From NCBI GenBank assembly GCA_000388065.2, contig KB932202.1: a stretch of DNA of 23,550 bases; one strand, written 5' to 3'. Below are positions 1 through 11,196 of the stretch, in pieces. Position 1 is the first letter of the stretch; every line of letters begins with the position of its first letter. Under the pieces are notes generated by a model. It was not told the origin of the DNA. It made no database searches and was given only the letters and a program-made list of their open reading frames with translations. The position numbers and the translations under genes are program-made. The DNA is from Fonticula alba ATCC 38817 (lineage: Eukaryota; Protista; Nucleariida).

Positions 1-94
1 CCCCCCCCCCCCCCCCCATGGCCCCACACGGGGGCTCGCAAAGATACACCCGCTCGCCGGACCCGCCTCCTGACCCCGCCGGCCACACGACCAG

Positions 95-468
95 TCCGCC
101 TGGGAGGGCGTCCGTGAGGCCCACACCTTTGGCAACATGTGCCTCAACAGCCCGGTGTATGGCCTGGTCCGGACCAGCAGCCGCGCCACCCAAGACGAGG
201 ACTGCCTCTTCCTCAACCTCTATGTGCCGGTTGAGGCTCTCAAGCCCGACGCGGTGCGCCTCTCGTCGATCTCCCCTCGCTCGCTCGCCCATCCGCACGC
301 GCTGACATGGGCTTTGCCCCCTGGTGATCGCACGCGCATACGCACACGTACACACGTATACACGTATACACGTACACACGTATACACGTATACACGTACA
401 CACGCGCGCACACGTATACACGCATGCACGTATACACGTACACACGCGCGCACACGTATACACGCATG

Positions 469-516
<48 letters not shown>

Positions 517-2537
517 CCCGCGTGCCCGTCATGAACTTCATCCATGGCGGCGGGTTCATCATCGGCGCGGCGTCCAGCACGCATGTGGCCCCCGACCCGC
601 AGGACTGGGTCCGGTCGACCAAGTCCATCGCCGTGCAGGCCAACTACCGCCTCGGGGCGCTGGGGTTCATGGCGCACCCGGTGCTGGATGTGACCGACGA
701 TGCGGGGACCCTGGTGGAGCCGAGCGGGGCCTTCGGCCTGGCGGACCAGGTGGCCGCGCTGGAGTGGATCCAGCGCAGCATCGGGGCCTTCGGCGGCGAT
801 GCCACCCGGGTGACGGTGGTCGGCGAGTCGGCCGGCGGCTTCAGCATTTGCGCCATGCTGGCCAGCGACTATGCGGCTTCGCGGCCGCTGGCCGCCGGGG
901 GCCGGGGGCTGCCCTTCGCCCAGGCGGCGCTCCTGAGTGGCCCCTGCTCGTACTCCTTCCCGGAAGCGCCGTTCATGGGGTGGGCCGGGCCTGGCGGGCC
1001 GGCGGCCGGTGCCGCCACCCCGACCCCGGCCTTGGATCCCACCCGCCAGCTGGCGTCGCAGCCCCGCGCGGAGGACTGGCTCCCGGTGGCCTCCCGGCCG
1101 CCGGTGTTCCTGCCCCCGCCATCGGGCCCGGGGCACGATGGCCGCCGGCCGGCCTTCAACATGCTCCACCAGACCGAGGCCGCCATGCGGGCCATGGGCT
1201 GCCTGGGGCCCGATGAGTCGGCCGATCCCGAGCTCGGCCTGCCGGTCCCGCCGGAACGCGTGGACTGGGCCCGGGTCCGGGCATGTGTCTATGCCGCCAC
1301 CCCGGACCAGGTGAATGGCGCCATCACCGCTCGCCGGGGGATCCTCTGGTTCCGCGGGGCCTTCTGGTTCCCGACGGTCAATCGCGCCGGCCCGGTGTTC
1401 ATGCGCCAGCCCTTGGAGGCCTTCGGCCAGGGGTACACCGCGGCCCTGATGGGCCCGTCGGTCGGTGCCCCGGCCACGGCTCCCCCCCGGCTGCGCATTG
1501 CCTTCGGCGACAATTCCGACGAGGGGACCATCTTCGTGTGGCTGGGCTTCCCGGTGCGCGTGCGCCGGGCCGAATTCGCCGCCCTGCTGCAGCGCACGGT
1601 CGGGCCGGAGGCCGCGGCCAACCTGATGCTCGCGTATGGCGGCCAGCCGGCGCCCGCCAGCCCTGCCGGGGCCAATGCCACCACGGCCCCGGCCGCCAAC
1701 GGGGCGGCCACCCTGCCACCCCTGCGCCGCGAGGCCCTCGGCCCGGTGGAGGACCTCACCCAGGACCGGGTGGCCGTGGCCCGCGCCGTCAGCGACCTGT
1801 GGAATTGCGCCACCCGCGTCAGCACCCGGACCCTGGCCCGGTCGTATGAGCAGCTGCTGGCCGCGCGCCGGGTGCCGGCCTCCTCGCCCAGCATGTCGGC
1901 CATCTTCTCCTACTACTTTGCCCATGCGCCGGGCTTCGCCCGGTGGCCCTTCGACACCTTCGGCGCGTACCATGGCGCCGAGCTGGCGTACATCTTCGGC
2001 GTGCGCCGCAGCCAGTATCACCATGCCGACCAGCAGGTCTTTGAGCATGTGCGCGGGGCCTTCGGCCGGTTTGTCCACGGGCTGATCCCCTGGTCGCCCT
2101 TCCGCCTGGCGGCCGACCATGCGGCGGCCCCCGCGCTCGGCTCCCAGGCCGAGCTGTTCTTCCCCCGCGACCCGGAGCACAGCCTCTGGTCGCATGTGGA
2201 GGTGTTCGGGTCGCGGGCCACCGTCCTGGACGCCACCTGGTCCGGGGGCCTGCACTGTGCGGCGGTTTGGTACAATGCCTCCATCGATGCGGCCGGGTTC
2301 CTGCACATCCCGGATGCCGCGCGTGTGGGCTACCGCGAGCCGGTCCTCTCGCAGTTCCTCAACGAGGCGGCCGTCATGTTCCTCGTGTCGGCGGTCGGCT
2401 TCCTCAGCGAACACCGCGTGTCGGTTCTCGGCGGCCTGCTCGCGGTGGCCGGGCTGATCATCGTCCGGCTGTACACTCGCCGTGCTGGTCGCCGTCGGGC
2501 CGCCGCCGCCGCCATGGCCGCCAAGAAGAACGACTGA
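95..2537 (+). CDS. Type-B carboxylesterase/lipase (alpha/beta hydrolase), 5'-partial; exons 95-253 and 516-2537; earlier exon(s) lie before the window
   Basis: Acceptor CCAG ends at 94 with CTGAC at 70-74. Exon reads SAWEGVREAHTFGNMC...EDCLFLNLYVP. Phase-0 intron 254-515 (GTGCGC...CACAG) joins to VPVMNFIHGGGF (oxyanion hole). Nucleophile GESAG at 822-836, acid in GDNSDEG (Glu 1521-1523), His in GAYHGAE (1971-1973). Hydrophobic C-terminal segments, then RRAGRRR and terminal KKND. Confidence 0.93.
329..514. repeat. 186-nt uninterrupted alternating pyrimidine-purine tract with a 42-nt direct repeat (about 385-472) and terminal (CA)n, inside the carboxylesterase intron
   Basis: Built from CACG, TATA, CGCG and CACA units. 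The 42-nt period is visible as a 14-aa period in the ORF track (HVYTHARIHVHTRA). Confidence 0.9.
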
Positions 2538-2616
2538 GGCCGTGTCCCCTTGCTGGGCGTTCCCCCCCCCCCCATGCACACATCCTTGCTTCGCTGCTGT
2601 TGGGTGGGGCTTTTTT

Positions 2617-2660
<44 letters not shown>

Positions 2661-3272
2661 GCTGCCCCTCGGCCGTTTGATCGCGCCGGGTGCCGGGCTG
2701 CGCGCGCGCGCGCGCTCTGGCGTGTGCGCCTGCGCCGGGATCCGCGAGGGCCGGCGGCAGGGGCCGCGTCCCTGCCTGGATGAGGATCGCACCACGGCCG
2801 GCGTGTGTCCTCGTGCGGGCATGGGCCTGTGTGTGTGTGTGTGCCTTCGGCTCTCTCCCCCCCCCCCCCCCTTAGTTTGTCACTTCACAGAATGCACATG
2901 AAATTGGAGCTGCGGCCGCACGTGCCAACGGAGAAATTCGTCATCGTTTCCGCCACCCAACAAGTGGGGCGTAAAAGGGCCGGCGAGCGGGGCGGGGGGG
3001 ACCGGGCGCGGGCGCAGTGCGGTGGGTGGGCGGCGCGCGGCGGGACGGGCCGGGGCGTGGATCGCCCGAGGGAGGGAGCCGGGGCCAAGCCCGGCAGGGC
3101 GCCAGGGGGGACAAAAGAGGCACCATCGCGGCCCAGGGAGCCGGGCTGCGACGATGGCAGCCCTCTTCCCTCCCCCTCTCGGCCGCCCTTCCTGCCTCTG
3201 CACCTTTCGCACATCTCGCACAGCCGCACACGTGCACACCCGCACGCACGCATACACGCACGCATACACACC

Positions 3273-3637
3273 ATGACCGATACCGGACCAACGCCCCGAG
3301 AGGAGAACGCCCCTCGGCCGGAGTCGCCGGTCGCCCGCCAGCCGATCCCCACCATCGAGACGCTCATTGAGCGTGAGCGCAGTATCCCCTTCTTCGAGCG
3401 ACTGAAAATGGCGGTCGCTGTACGTTCCCCCCCCCCCCCCCCCCCTGCACGCCTCCGGCCCCCCGGGTCACGCCGTGTGCGCCTGTGCTGACATTGCTCC
3501 CGCCCGGCAGTCCATTCGGCCCTCGGAGGACCTCGCCCGTATTGGCTCCATCCCCTGTGCCCGGGAGAGTCTCCTTTACGGCATCTCTACGTCGGTCATT
3601 ATTGGCGCCTGTGCCCTGCTCTCCAAGCGTGCGTCCA

Positions 3638-3668
<31 letters not shown>

Positions 3669-4283
3669 GCGCACATGCCCTGTCTTGCGCTTGCTTTTGC
3701 CCCTTCTGCAAGCACGGTCATACCCATCCATGGCTCGCTCGGGCCCCCTGCCCCTGGGCTTCGCTCACACTCGTGCACACATCCCCCCCCCCTTTTGCCC
3801 AGGCCCCATCATCAAGGCTGTCAACTACTCGATTCTGTCCTTCGGCCTTGTGTCGATTACGTCCTGGTCCGTGCTGTGGACCCCTCACCCGGTGCATGTG
3901 CCCCCCTTTCTTTCGCCCTTTCTCCCACACTCACCTTGGCCATCGCGCTCTCCTCCCCCCCCCCCCCCCTCACTCTTTGATCCGGGTCCGGCAACAGGGA
4001 ATACTGCCGGTACCATTGGCGGATCCGCGACCGCCAGCACCGGTTGATTGGTGAGCTTGGCGAAATGCTCCAGGCCCGCCAGGAGGCCAAGCGGCTGGCC
4101 GGCGAGGAGTACGCCCTTCCGCTGCGCCCGATCAAGCCCCAGGCCAAGCTGGAGTCCGTCACCGCGGCGATTGATGCCCATACGGCCGCCATGGCCGCCG
4201 CCGCCGCCGCCGCTGACGAGTCCACCCCGGAGGTCGCTGCCGCCGCCGCCGAGGACGTCCCCAAGGCCCCTCCGTCCACCTAG
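3273..4283 (+). CDS. COX20: Cytochrome c oxidase assembly factor COX20 (FAM36A family), 204 aa; exons 3273-3419, 3511-3628, 3803-3866, 3998-4283
   Basis: Three GT-AG introns with consistent phases (0,1,2). Spliced product contains IPCARESLLYGI, a second hydrophobic helix (VNYSILSFGLVSITSW) and WEYCRY formed across the last junction. These match the Cox20 family pattern (PCAR.S.LYG ... W..CR). Confidence 0.85.
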
Positions 4284-4407
4284 GGCAGGGCGGCCTTGCC
4301 TGTCACCACCCTTTTGCCAACCTTCCCCATCACAAACTGTCGATGCACCCCCCCCCCCCCCCCCCGCCCCCCGTAAATATAGAGTGCCAGTTATGGTTGC
4401 ATGTTGC

Positions 4408-7206
4408 CTACGAGTACTCTCCTGGGATGGTCCCAGGGCGAGGGGGGCGCTGGCCGCCGGTGCTGGCCGTGTGCGAGAGGCGCCGACGTCGCCGTGGCGG
4501 TGCCACACATGCGACCGTCTCTTCAACCGGGGGAGGTGTGAGGACAGGCCATGGCCGGAGCGCCAGCGCTGCCAGCAGTTGCCCATGCCCGCTGAAGACC
4601 ACCATCGCGCGCCTGCGGCGCCGGGGAAGGAGGACAAGGGGAGGGGGGGGGGAGAAAAGCGAGTCAGTGCCGATCGGAGGCCCCGATCCACAGGAGGATG
4701 TGCATGCACAGGGGGGAGGGGGGGCGCGCGGGTGCCATGGGTCGGCCGGCTGCTCGGGCACCTGTCAAGGGAAAGAGCCGAGCAGCGATAGTCACACAGG
4801 GGCCCGGCGGCCTGGAGGGCATCGCGAAGGGCCGGATCCCTGTCCGATGGGGCCCGGGTCAGCTGGTCGCGCCAGGCGGCCACCACGGCCGCCGGCGTGT
4901 GGACATTGGCCAGCCTCGGCCGGGGGATGGCCACGGCTCGGGACCACCAGCCCGTGGGAGTCGGCACCAGGCAGTGGAAGTGCCCCGGCGTGTCGCCAGC
5001 CAGGAAGAGGACCCCGAGGCTGGGCCCCCCGGCCACCGGCATCGGGCATCGGGCCCCGGCGCTGTCCCACAAGCCAGGAGCCTCGGCGGCCTGGCCGAAC
5101 ACCACATCCGCCCCGGGTGGGTCGGCCATTTGCATGCCGGTGCACAGGGACCGGCGCTCGACCTTGCGCCGGCCAGCAATCCCCGCCGCCGCACAGACCG
5201 AGGGGAGTTAGACAGCTGTCCGAGGACCGGCCGCGAGGAGGGGAGGGCGGGGCCTTTTTTTTCCTTGGCCGAGAAGAAGCAAGAAGGAACGGCCGTGGGG
5301 GGGGGGGAAAAAGGGGGGGGGGGCGTGGGGGAAGGCACGGGTACGGTTCCGTCGCTGCGGGCCACACCGAAGGCCGCCGGGCCCAGGGCAAAGAGGGCCG
5401 CCACGCTCGTGCCGCTGATGCTGCGGTCGCTGCTGCCGGCCGCCCGCAGCCAGACGACCTGCGCATGCAGAGGGGCAGCGCCATCGCCCCAGCCGGTCAT
5501 GGCAACCAGGGTCAGATCGCCACTGCGGCTGCCCAGCAGCAAGAGCGGCCGGCGAGGGGGATCGGCGCTTGGGCCCCGGCGCCGGCGCCGGCGCTGCCAC
5601 GCCAGGCCCTCGAGCTCCGGCGGCCCGGCCGGGACACATGCACACTCGACCAACTGCATGCACAGGTATTGCTGGTGCTTGATATTCACCCGGCGATAGG
5701 GGGGCCCATGCCATGTGACGGCAGCCGAGGCACGCCCCGGGGCCGGGGGCTCCGCATGCCCCGGGGATTGTCCATGCCGCGCCGGGCCCGCGTCCAGCAC
5801 GCCACAGGGCGGGCAGATGCCCAGGCTGCCGGAACAGCTGACGGCCCGCCGGGAGGTGGCCGACTCGCTGGGCCATCGCCCCAAGCAGGTCATCGTCAGG
5901 CGAATGTCCTCCGGCCGGGCGAAGAGCCCAATGCGACCAAGCAGGACCTGGCATCGCTCCTCGGCCAGAGCCACGGTCCACCCGGCCGCCTGGGCAAGGG
6001 TTTCCAGCAGCCGGGGCGGATAGTGCAGGGGGAGGACCACCGCGCGGGTGGGCTCCACAAGGCCCGCGCCATCGGCCATGTGGAAGATCTCCAGCAGTCC
6101 GGTCCCCTGGCCGGTGGAGGTCCCCATGCAAAAGAGGCTGCCAGCATGTGGGCCGGTCAGCCGGGCAAACAGCTTGCCGGCGGTGAATTTCCCACCGGCC
6201 TCGGGGCAAAGCCGGGCCAGTTGCCGCGTCGGCACGCCGGCCTGCAAAAGGTACACCCTTGAGGGAGCGTGGGCATGGTTTGCGAGGTCAGGAGCTGGGA
6301 GAGGCGGGGGGGGGGGGGGGGGGGGGGGGGGGGNNNNNNNNNNNNNNNNNNNNNNNNNNNNNNNNNNNNNNNNNNNNNNNNNNNNNNNNNNNNNNNNNNN
6401 NNNNNNNNNNNNNNNNNNNNNNNNNNNNNNNNNNNNNNNNNNNNNNNNNNNNNNNNNNNNNNNNNNNNNNNNNNNGGGGGGGGGGGGGGGGGGGGGGGGC
6501 GGATGGACATGCGTGCGGTGGCGACCACGCACTCGGCCGAGTGGTCGCGCGTGATGAGGAGGCGCTCGTCAGCGCAATCCAGCGCCACAATCGGGCCGGC
6601 ACCAGGGGCATCAAGGTCGACGATGCTCGCGGCGGCTGGGGCCCGCGCAGCAAGCAGCCCTGCCTGCCAGGGCCCGAGGACCGCGCGGCCCGGGCCGAGG
6701 GCCGGGCTCACCAGGCCCAGTGGCAGGGATCGCACCAGCGGCGGGCCAACCACGGGCGGCCGTGCCCGCGGACCAGGCCCCGGCTTGTGCCCGGGACACC
6801 GGTCGCCCGGCGCCGAGATGGATGCCCTGTCGATGACCGTCCCCTCGGGGAAGTAACGTCGACGGACCGGGTCGTAGACAAACCCCGGCAGGGCCGGGGC
6901 ACTGGGCACCGGGTCGGCCGGAGGGGGGGCCGGAGGGGGGCCCGGCTTGGCTGCGGCCCGTTGGCCGGCCGGACTCCCCAGGGCGCCCGGGTCCACCCAG
7001 CGAGGGGGCGCGAAGAGCGACTCCGCCTGCCGGTGGTGCTCCGGCCGTGGGGGGGCGGGGACCGTCTCGCCGGTGGCCGGTGGCCGTGGCGCGGCCGAGC
7101 TCCGAGGGTCCTCTCGTCGGCCGGAACGCCGGCCACATGTTGGCCGCGCGCGGGCTGGCCGGGAGTGGCGGCCAGCGCGCCGGCCTTGGCCAAGCGGATC
7201 GGTCAT
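4408..7206 (-). CDS. Divergent WD40/beta-propeller protein, DCAF4/WDR21-like, about 730 aa; exons 7206-6533, 6257-5345, 5162-4762, 4612-4408 (intron 1 spans an assembly gap)
   Basis: LPGFVYDPVRRRYF (6891-6850) resembles the DCAF4 N-terminal LPGFYFDPEKKRYF motif. Beta-strand-like segments include LLITRDHSAEVYLL, SRSGDLTLV and ARSDGTVERRSL. Intron phases 2,0,2 close to a 2193-nt frame ending in TAG. The family call rests on one short motif plus the general fold pattern. Confidence 0.62.
6334..6475. other. Assembly gap (142 N) inside intron 1 of the DCAF4-like gene, flanked by poly-G
   Basis: N run. Confidence 0.99.
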
Positions 7207-8121
7207 CAGATCGCCGCAGGCGGCCGGGACAGGAGGCGAGGAGGATGTGCAACACGAGGGGAGCCGGAAGGAGAGGAAAAGAAAGGAAGAGAGAGAGGGG
7301 GGAGAGAGAGGGCGCGCGCGCACGCGCACACGAGGCAATGAGACCGACCGGGGCGGAGATGGGCGCATGGGAGAGGAAGTCCGCCGAGGGGTCGCAAGAA
7401 TATGTCCCGGTGTCATGGCAGCCATGCATGCCATCTTTCCCGCAGGAAAGGCATTGGACAGCAAACTGCGAGGCCTCCCCCCTTCCGCCTGCCCCCCTCC
7501 CTCCTTGCCCTTGCCCCACGGTCGAAGACGCGGGGGGGGATGTCGAGATCTCAGGCGCTTCCCAGGGCGGAGGGGAGGGGGGGGGGGGCACGCTGCCCAT
7601 GGAACATGCGTTGGCACTATGCGCGGCTCCGGTGCCCGGCCAAATGTTCTCCCACCTTCCGCCGGCCCGGGGCAGGGCAACCAAACGGGCGCCGGGGGGG
7701 GGGGGGGGGGGACGGGCCACACACGCCGCGCGCCCGACCCGCGCGAGCATGCGCACCCGCGCCAAAGAGCCGGGAAGGCCGGCCAGGGCGTGTGTGTACG
7801 TGTGTGTGTGTGTGTGGGCGGGGGCAGGCAGGCCCGCGCCCAGTGCCGGTGGGCCCGACCGGTGTCAGGGTCCAGGCACATAAAACTTTCGGCCCCGTCC
7901 CAAGACTAGGGGCGCGCGGTCACACCACCCTTCCTCTCCCTCCCCCCTACTCTCACCCTCCTGCACCTGCGCCCCTTTGCATCTGCGCCTCCCTCATCCC
8001 GTCGCACACGCTCCTCCTCTGTCCCTTCGCCACCTCTCCCTCGGACCGCCGCCGTCCGACCGCCTTGTGTGCCCGCCCTCCCCCCTCCTTCTCCCTCTTT
8101 CTCTCCCTCTCTCGAGACACC

Positions 8122-8329
8122 ATGAGCGCCATTCAGAACGACTTCGAGTCCCCCGAGCTCAAGGACTACCTGTCTAGGCTCATCTCCAACTATTTGTGCG
8201 TGCCCCGTCGCTTGCGCCCCCCCCCCCCCCCCCTGCCCCATGCCTGGCGGGATATCACCAACATCTGACCGACGTCTCGTGTGCCCCCCCCCCCCTGGTC
8301 TTTCCGTGCACGCATGGCCTCTTGCCCAA

Positions 8330-8373
<44 letters not shown>

Positions 8374-9249
8374 ACAAACACACGCACGCGCACATACGCG
8401 CGCGACAACAGCCAGATGGAGAACCCCGGTGACTTCGTCGCCTTCGTTGTGGAGATCCTCCGCATGGACACCGAGGACCTGAACGAGGTCCTGATCAAGC
8501 AACTTTTCGAGTCCTCCAAGCAGGGCGGTGCGCCAATCCCCAACAATTGCACAGTTCCTGCCTTCGGCCTCCCTCCTCCGCCTCCCCACGACCGCCCTCT
8601 CACCTCCCTCCCTTGTGCCGGATTCCCCAGATGATGAGGTTGACCAGAAGGCCCTGGAGGCCATCCAGCACTTTGTCAGCGCGGTTTTCAGCTCTCTGGG
8701 CAAGTATCTGCCCGGCTTGAAGGCCCTCCATGGCCGCGATGGCTCTTCGGCCCCCGCGGCCCCGGCCCCGGCTGTCCCCCCGACCCTGTCTCCTGCCCTG
8801 GCTGTGCGTGGCCCTCCCTCGCTCTTTCCCTCTGCTTCTCAGCCGCCCGCCTTGGCCACATGCAGCTGCCATGTCTCACCCTCTCTCTCTCTCTCTCTCC
8901 CGGGCAACCATGCGTGAACATTGCCCCCTCCCCCCCCCCCCGGCCCCCATGCCCGCAGTCCACCACCGACTCCTACGACGCCGACATGTTTGACGATGTT
9001 GACGACTCGGCAGCCGGGTCCGCCTCATCGCCTCCCTCTTCGGTGGTCGGCTCGGCCCCCAAGGCCAACCCATACATTGGCCAGCCACAGCCCCACTCGC
9101 TGATGAGCCGGATCACCGTTCACCCGGGCTCGCGTCTCAACACCACCCTGCTCGGCAACAATCGCGGCCGGCGTGGGCGCGACGGCAGCCCGGTCGGCAA
9201 CCGCCACGAGTACGTCGCCGCAGCGTCCGATGCATTCCCTCTCCCCTCC

Positions 9250-9285
<36 letters not shown>

Positions 9286-10355
9286 TCCATACATCCACAG
9301 ATGCACCTATTTCCCCATCTGGCTGACTGTTTGACACACGCTCTGCTCTTCTCCCCCACAGCCAGCGCGGCCCGCGTGGCAACCAGCCTGGTGTCGGCAA
9401 CCGCCGGCAGCATAACCCCCGCGACGTGGCCGACAGCTCGACCATTTCCGTGATCAAGCTCTCGCCAAACCGCTGCAATGTCAGCTCCATCAACCGCCAC
9501 TTCTCCCGGTTCGGCACCATCGTCGGCATCCAGGTGAACCCGAACATGGGCCAGGCGCTGGTGACCTTCGCCGACCGGGAGGAGGCCATGGCTGCCCTGC
9601 GGTCGCCGGCCTCGGTCCTCGGCGACCGGTTCATCCAGGTGCACCGGTCGTCGCTGACCTTCCAGTCCCGGTCGCAGGATGAGGACTGCATCATCGCCGA
9701 TGCGGCCGAGATCGCCGCCCAGGCCACCACGCGTCCCGCCGCCCGGACAGGCTCTCATCCTGCCGCGCAGGAGAACCGCCGCATCATCGTCACGAACATC
9801 CCCCCGTCTCTCTCTTCACAGGAGGCCATTACTCGGCACTTCGAGCGCTTCGGCAAGACCCAGCGCGTGTCCATCTCCCTAGCCGCCCCGGTCACGGCGA
9901 TCGTCACTTTTGTGGATGGCCCATCTGCCAAGGAGGTGCGCCCCACTTGGCATTGGCACATGCCCCTCCCCCCCCCCCCCCCCGCCACCCATCACAGCCC
10001 GCTTTGTCCAGGCCCCTCCTCCCCGTCCCTGACCCTGACCATCTGCCCTGCATTCTTCGCGCCCGTCGCCATGCGCGCCTGACAGGCCGTTGCCAAGGGC
10101 TTCAAGTCCGAAGCCGGCGAGATCATGAGCCTCCGCTGGGCCCCGCCGAAGGGCGCGGCCCCGGTGTCGGTCAGCCAGTTTGGCGCCCCTTCGCAGCATC
10201 GCTCGGCGATTTTCGCCCCCTCGCCAGCCCTCACCAGCACGGTCACCATGCAGGATGCCCCCGAGGAGAACGCCGACGCGCCCGGCCCCGCCGGCAGCAG
10301 CGATGCCACCCCGGCCGCCGACCCGTCCGGTGCCTCGGTGATGGCCGACTTCTAG
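8122..10355 (+). CDS. RBM26/RBM27-like RNA-binding protein (PWI + two RRMs), 485 aa; exons 8122-8195, 8412-8527, 8631-8803, 8959-9209, 9362-9935, 10086-10355
   Basis: N-terminus ELKDYLSRLISNYFQMENPGDFVAFVVEILRMD resembles the RBM26 PWI domain. RRM INRHFSRFGTIVGIQV...ALVTFADREEAMAALRSPASVLGDRFIQV closely follows RBM26/27 RRM1 (LNEHFSRFG...STEAVLNNRFIKV). Five GT-AG introns with matching phases (2,1,0,2,0). Confidence 0.82.
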
Positions 10356-10405
10356 GCATGCTGAGATGGCATATCCTGAACGCACACCCACGCACACACA
10401 CACAC

Positions 10406-10458
10406 ATATATATATATATATTTCAGCCATATTTATATATATAAAAAGATTTATATAT
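10406..10458. terminator. AT-rich island about 50 nt after the RBM26-like stop; candidate 3'-end/polyadenylation element
   Basis: (TA)n, then TTTATATATATAAA (10432-10445, perfect palindrome) and ATAAAA. It is the most conspicuous AT-rich stretch in the window. Function is inferred from position only. Confidence 0.45.
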
Positions 10459-11196
10459 CTACACATTGCACACAACCGCGCATGCCTCGGAGCTCTGTAT
10501 ACGCCCTTCGGAACACCCTGTGCTGCCGAGCCACACCTCCTTCTCTCTTTCTCTCTGTCTCTCTCTCTCTCTCGCCCCTTTGTCTTTCCGCCTCTCCATC
10601 CTCGTCCTACCGTCCTTGAGAACCGCCCTCTCCTTCTGTTTGCTTTGTTCCCTTTCCGCCTGGCGTCGGCACCCTGTGTTCCTGCCTGCCAGCCCCCCAA
10701 TGTACTTCCTTTTGTTCCTCTGTCTCTTTCCCCCTCCCCCACCCCCCGTGGCATGGTGTCCCCGAGCGAGTGCCCACGCCGAGTTGCTGGAGCGCAGTGG
10801 ATCGGCCGCGCATGCCGGCCTCCGCCTTCCCCCGCCATCCTATCCCGCCGTGGACCTTTGGGAGGAAAGACACCCCCCTCGACGCAACAGTCAACCATGT
10901 CCCTTACACGCCGCGGGCCGAAACAACGATGGCATATATTCCCTGCCTTTGCCTGGCACAGGGGCGCAGAGGGGGGAGGGGGGGAGGGGGGGGGGCATGT
11001 AACACAAGGACAGATTGGGATGGCAGTGCGGAAACCCAGGGGGAGGACATTCACACGCATCGCCCCTCTCCCGCGCTCGCTCGCACTCTTTCTCGCTCCC
11101 TCGCGGGCAGACGCGCTCTGGCGGGGGCTTTTGCGGCACATGCACGCACTTGGCCTCCTGTCGCACTCGCGCTCGCACCCACGCTCGCGTGCCTGC

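Noticed and set aside
240-2822. 860-aa minus-strand ORF, and similar long ORFs 4343-6262 (+), 11347-12540 (+), 14591-16042 (+)
   Set aside because: No recognisable motifs. They run through microsatellites and are mostly antisense to real genes; long stop-free shadow frames are expected at this GC content.
2911-2923. 13-mer TGCGGCCGCACGT shared with minus-strand 17469-17457
   Set aside because: A GC-rich 13-mer match is expected by chance in a window of this size and composition.
6500-6532. Possible GC-AG donor after VVAT in the DCAF4-like gene
   Set aside because: A canonical GTGCGT donor at 6532 gives the correct phase with the acceptor ending at 6258.
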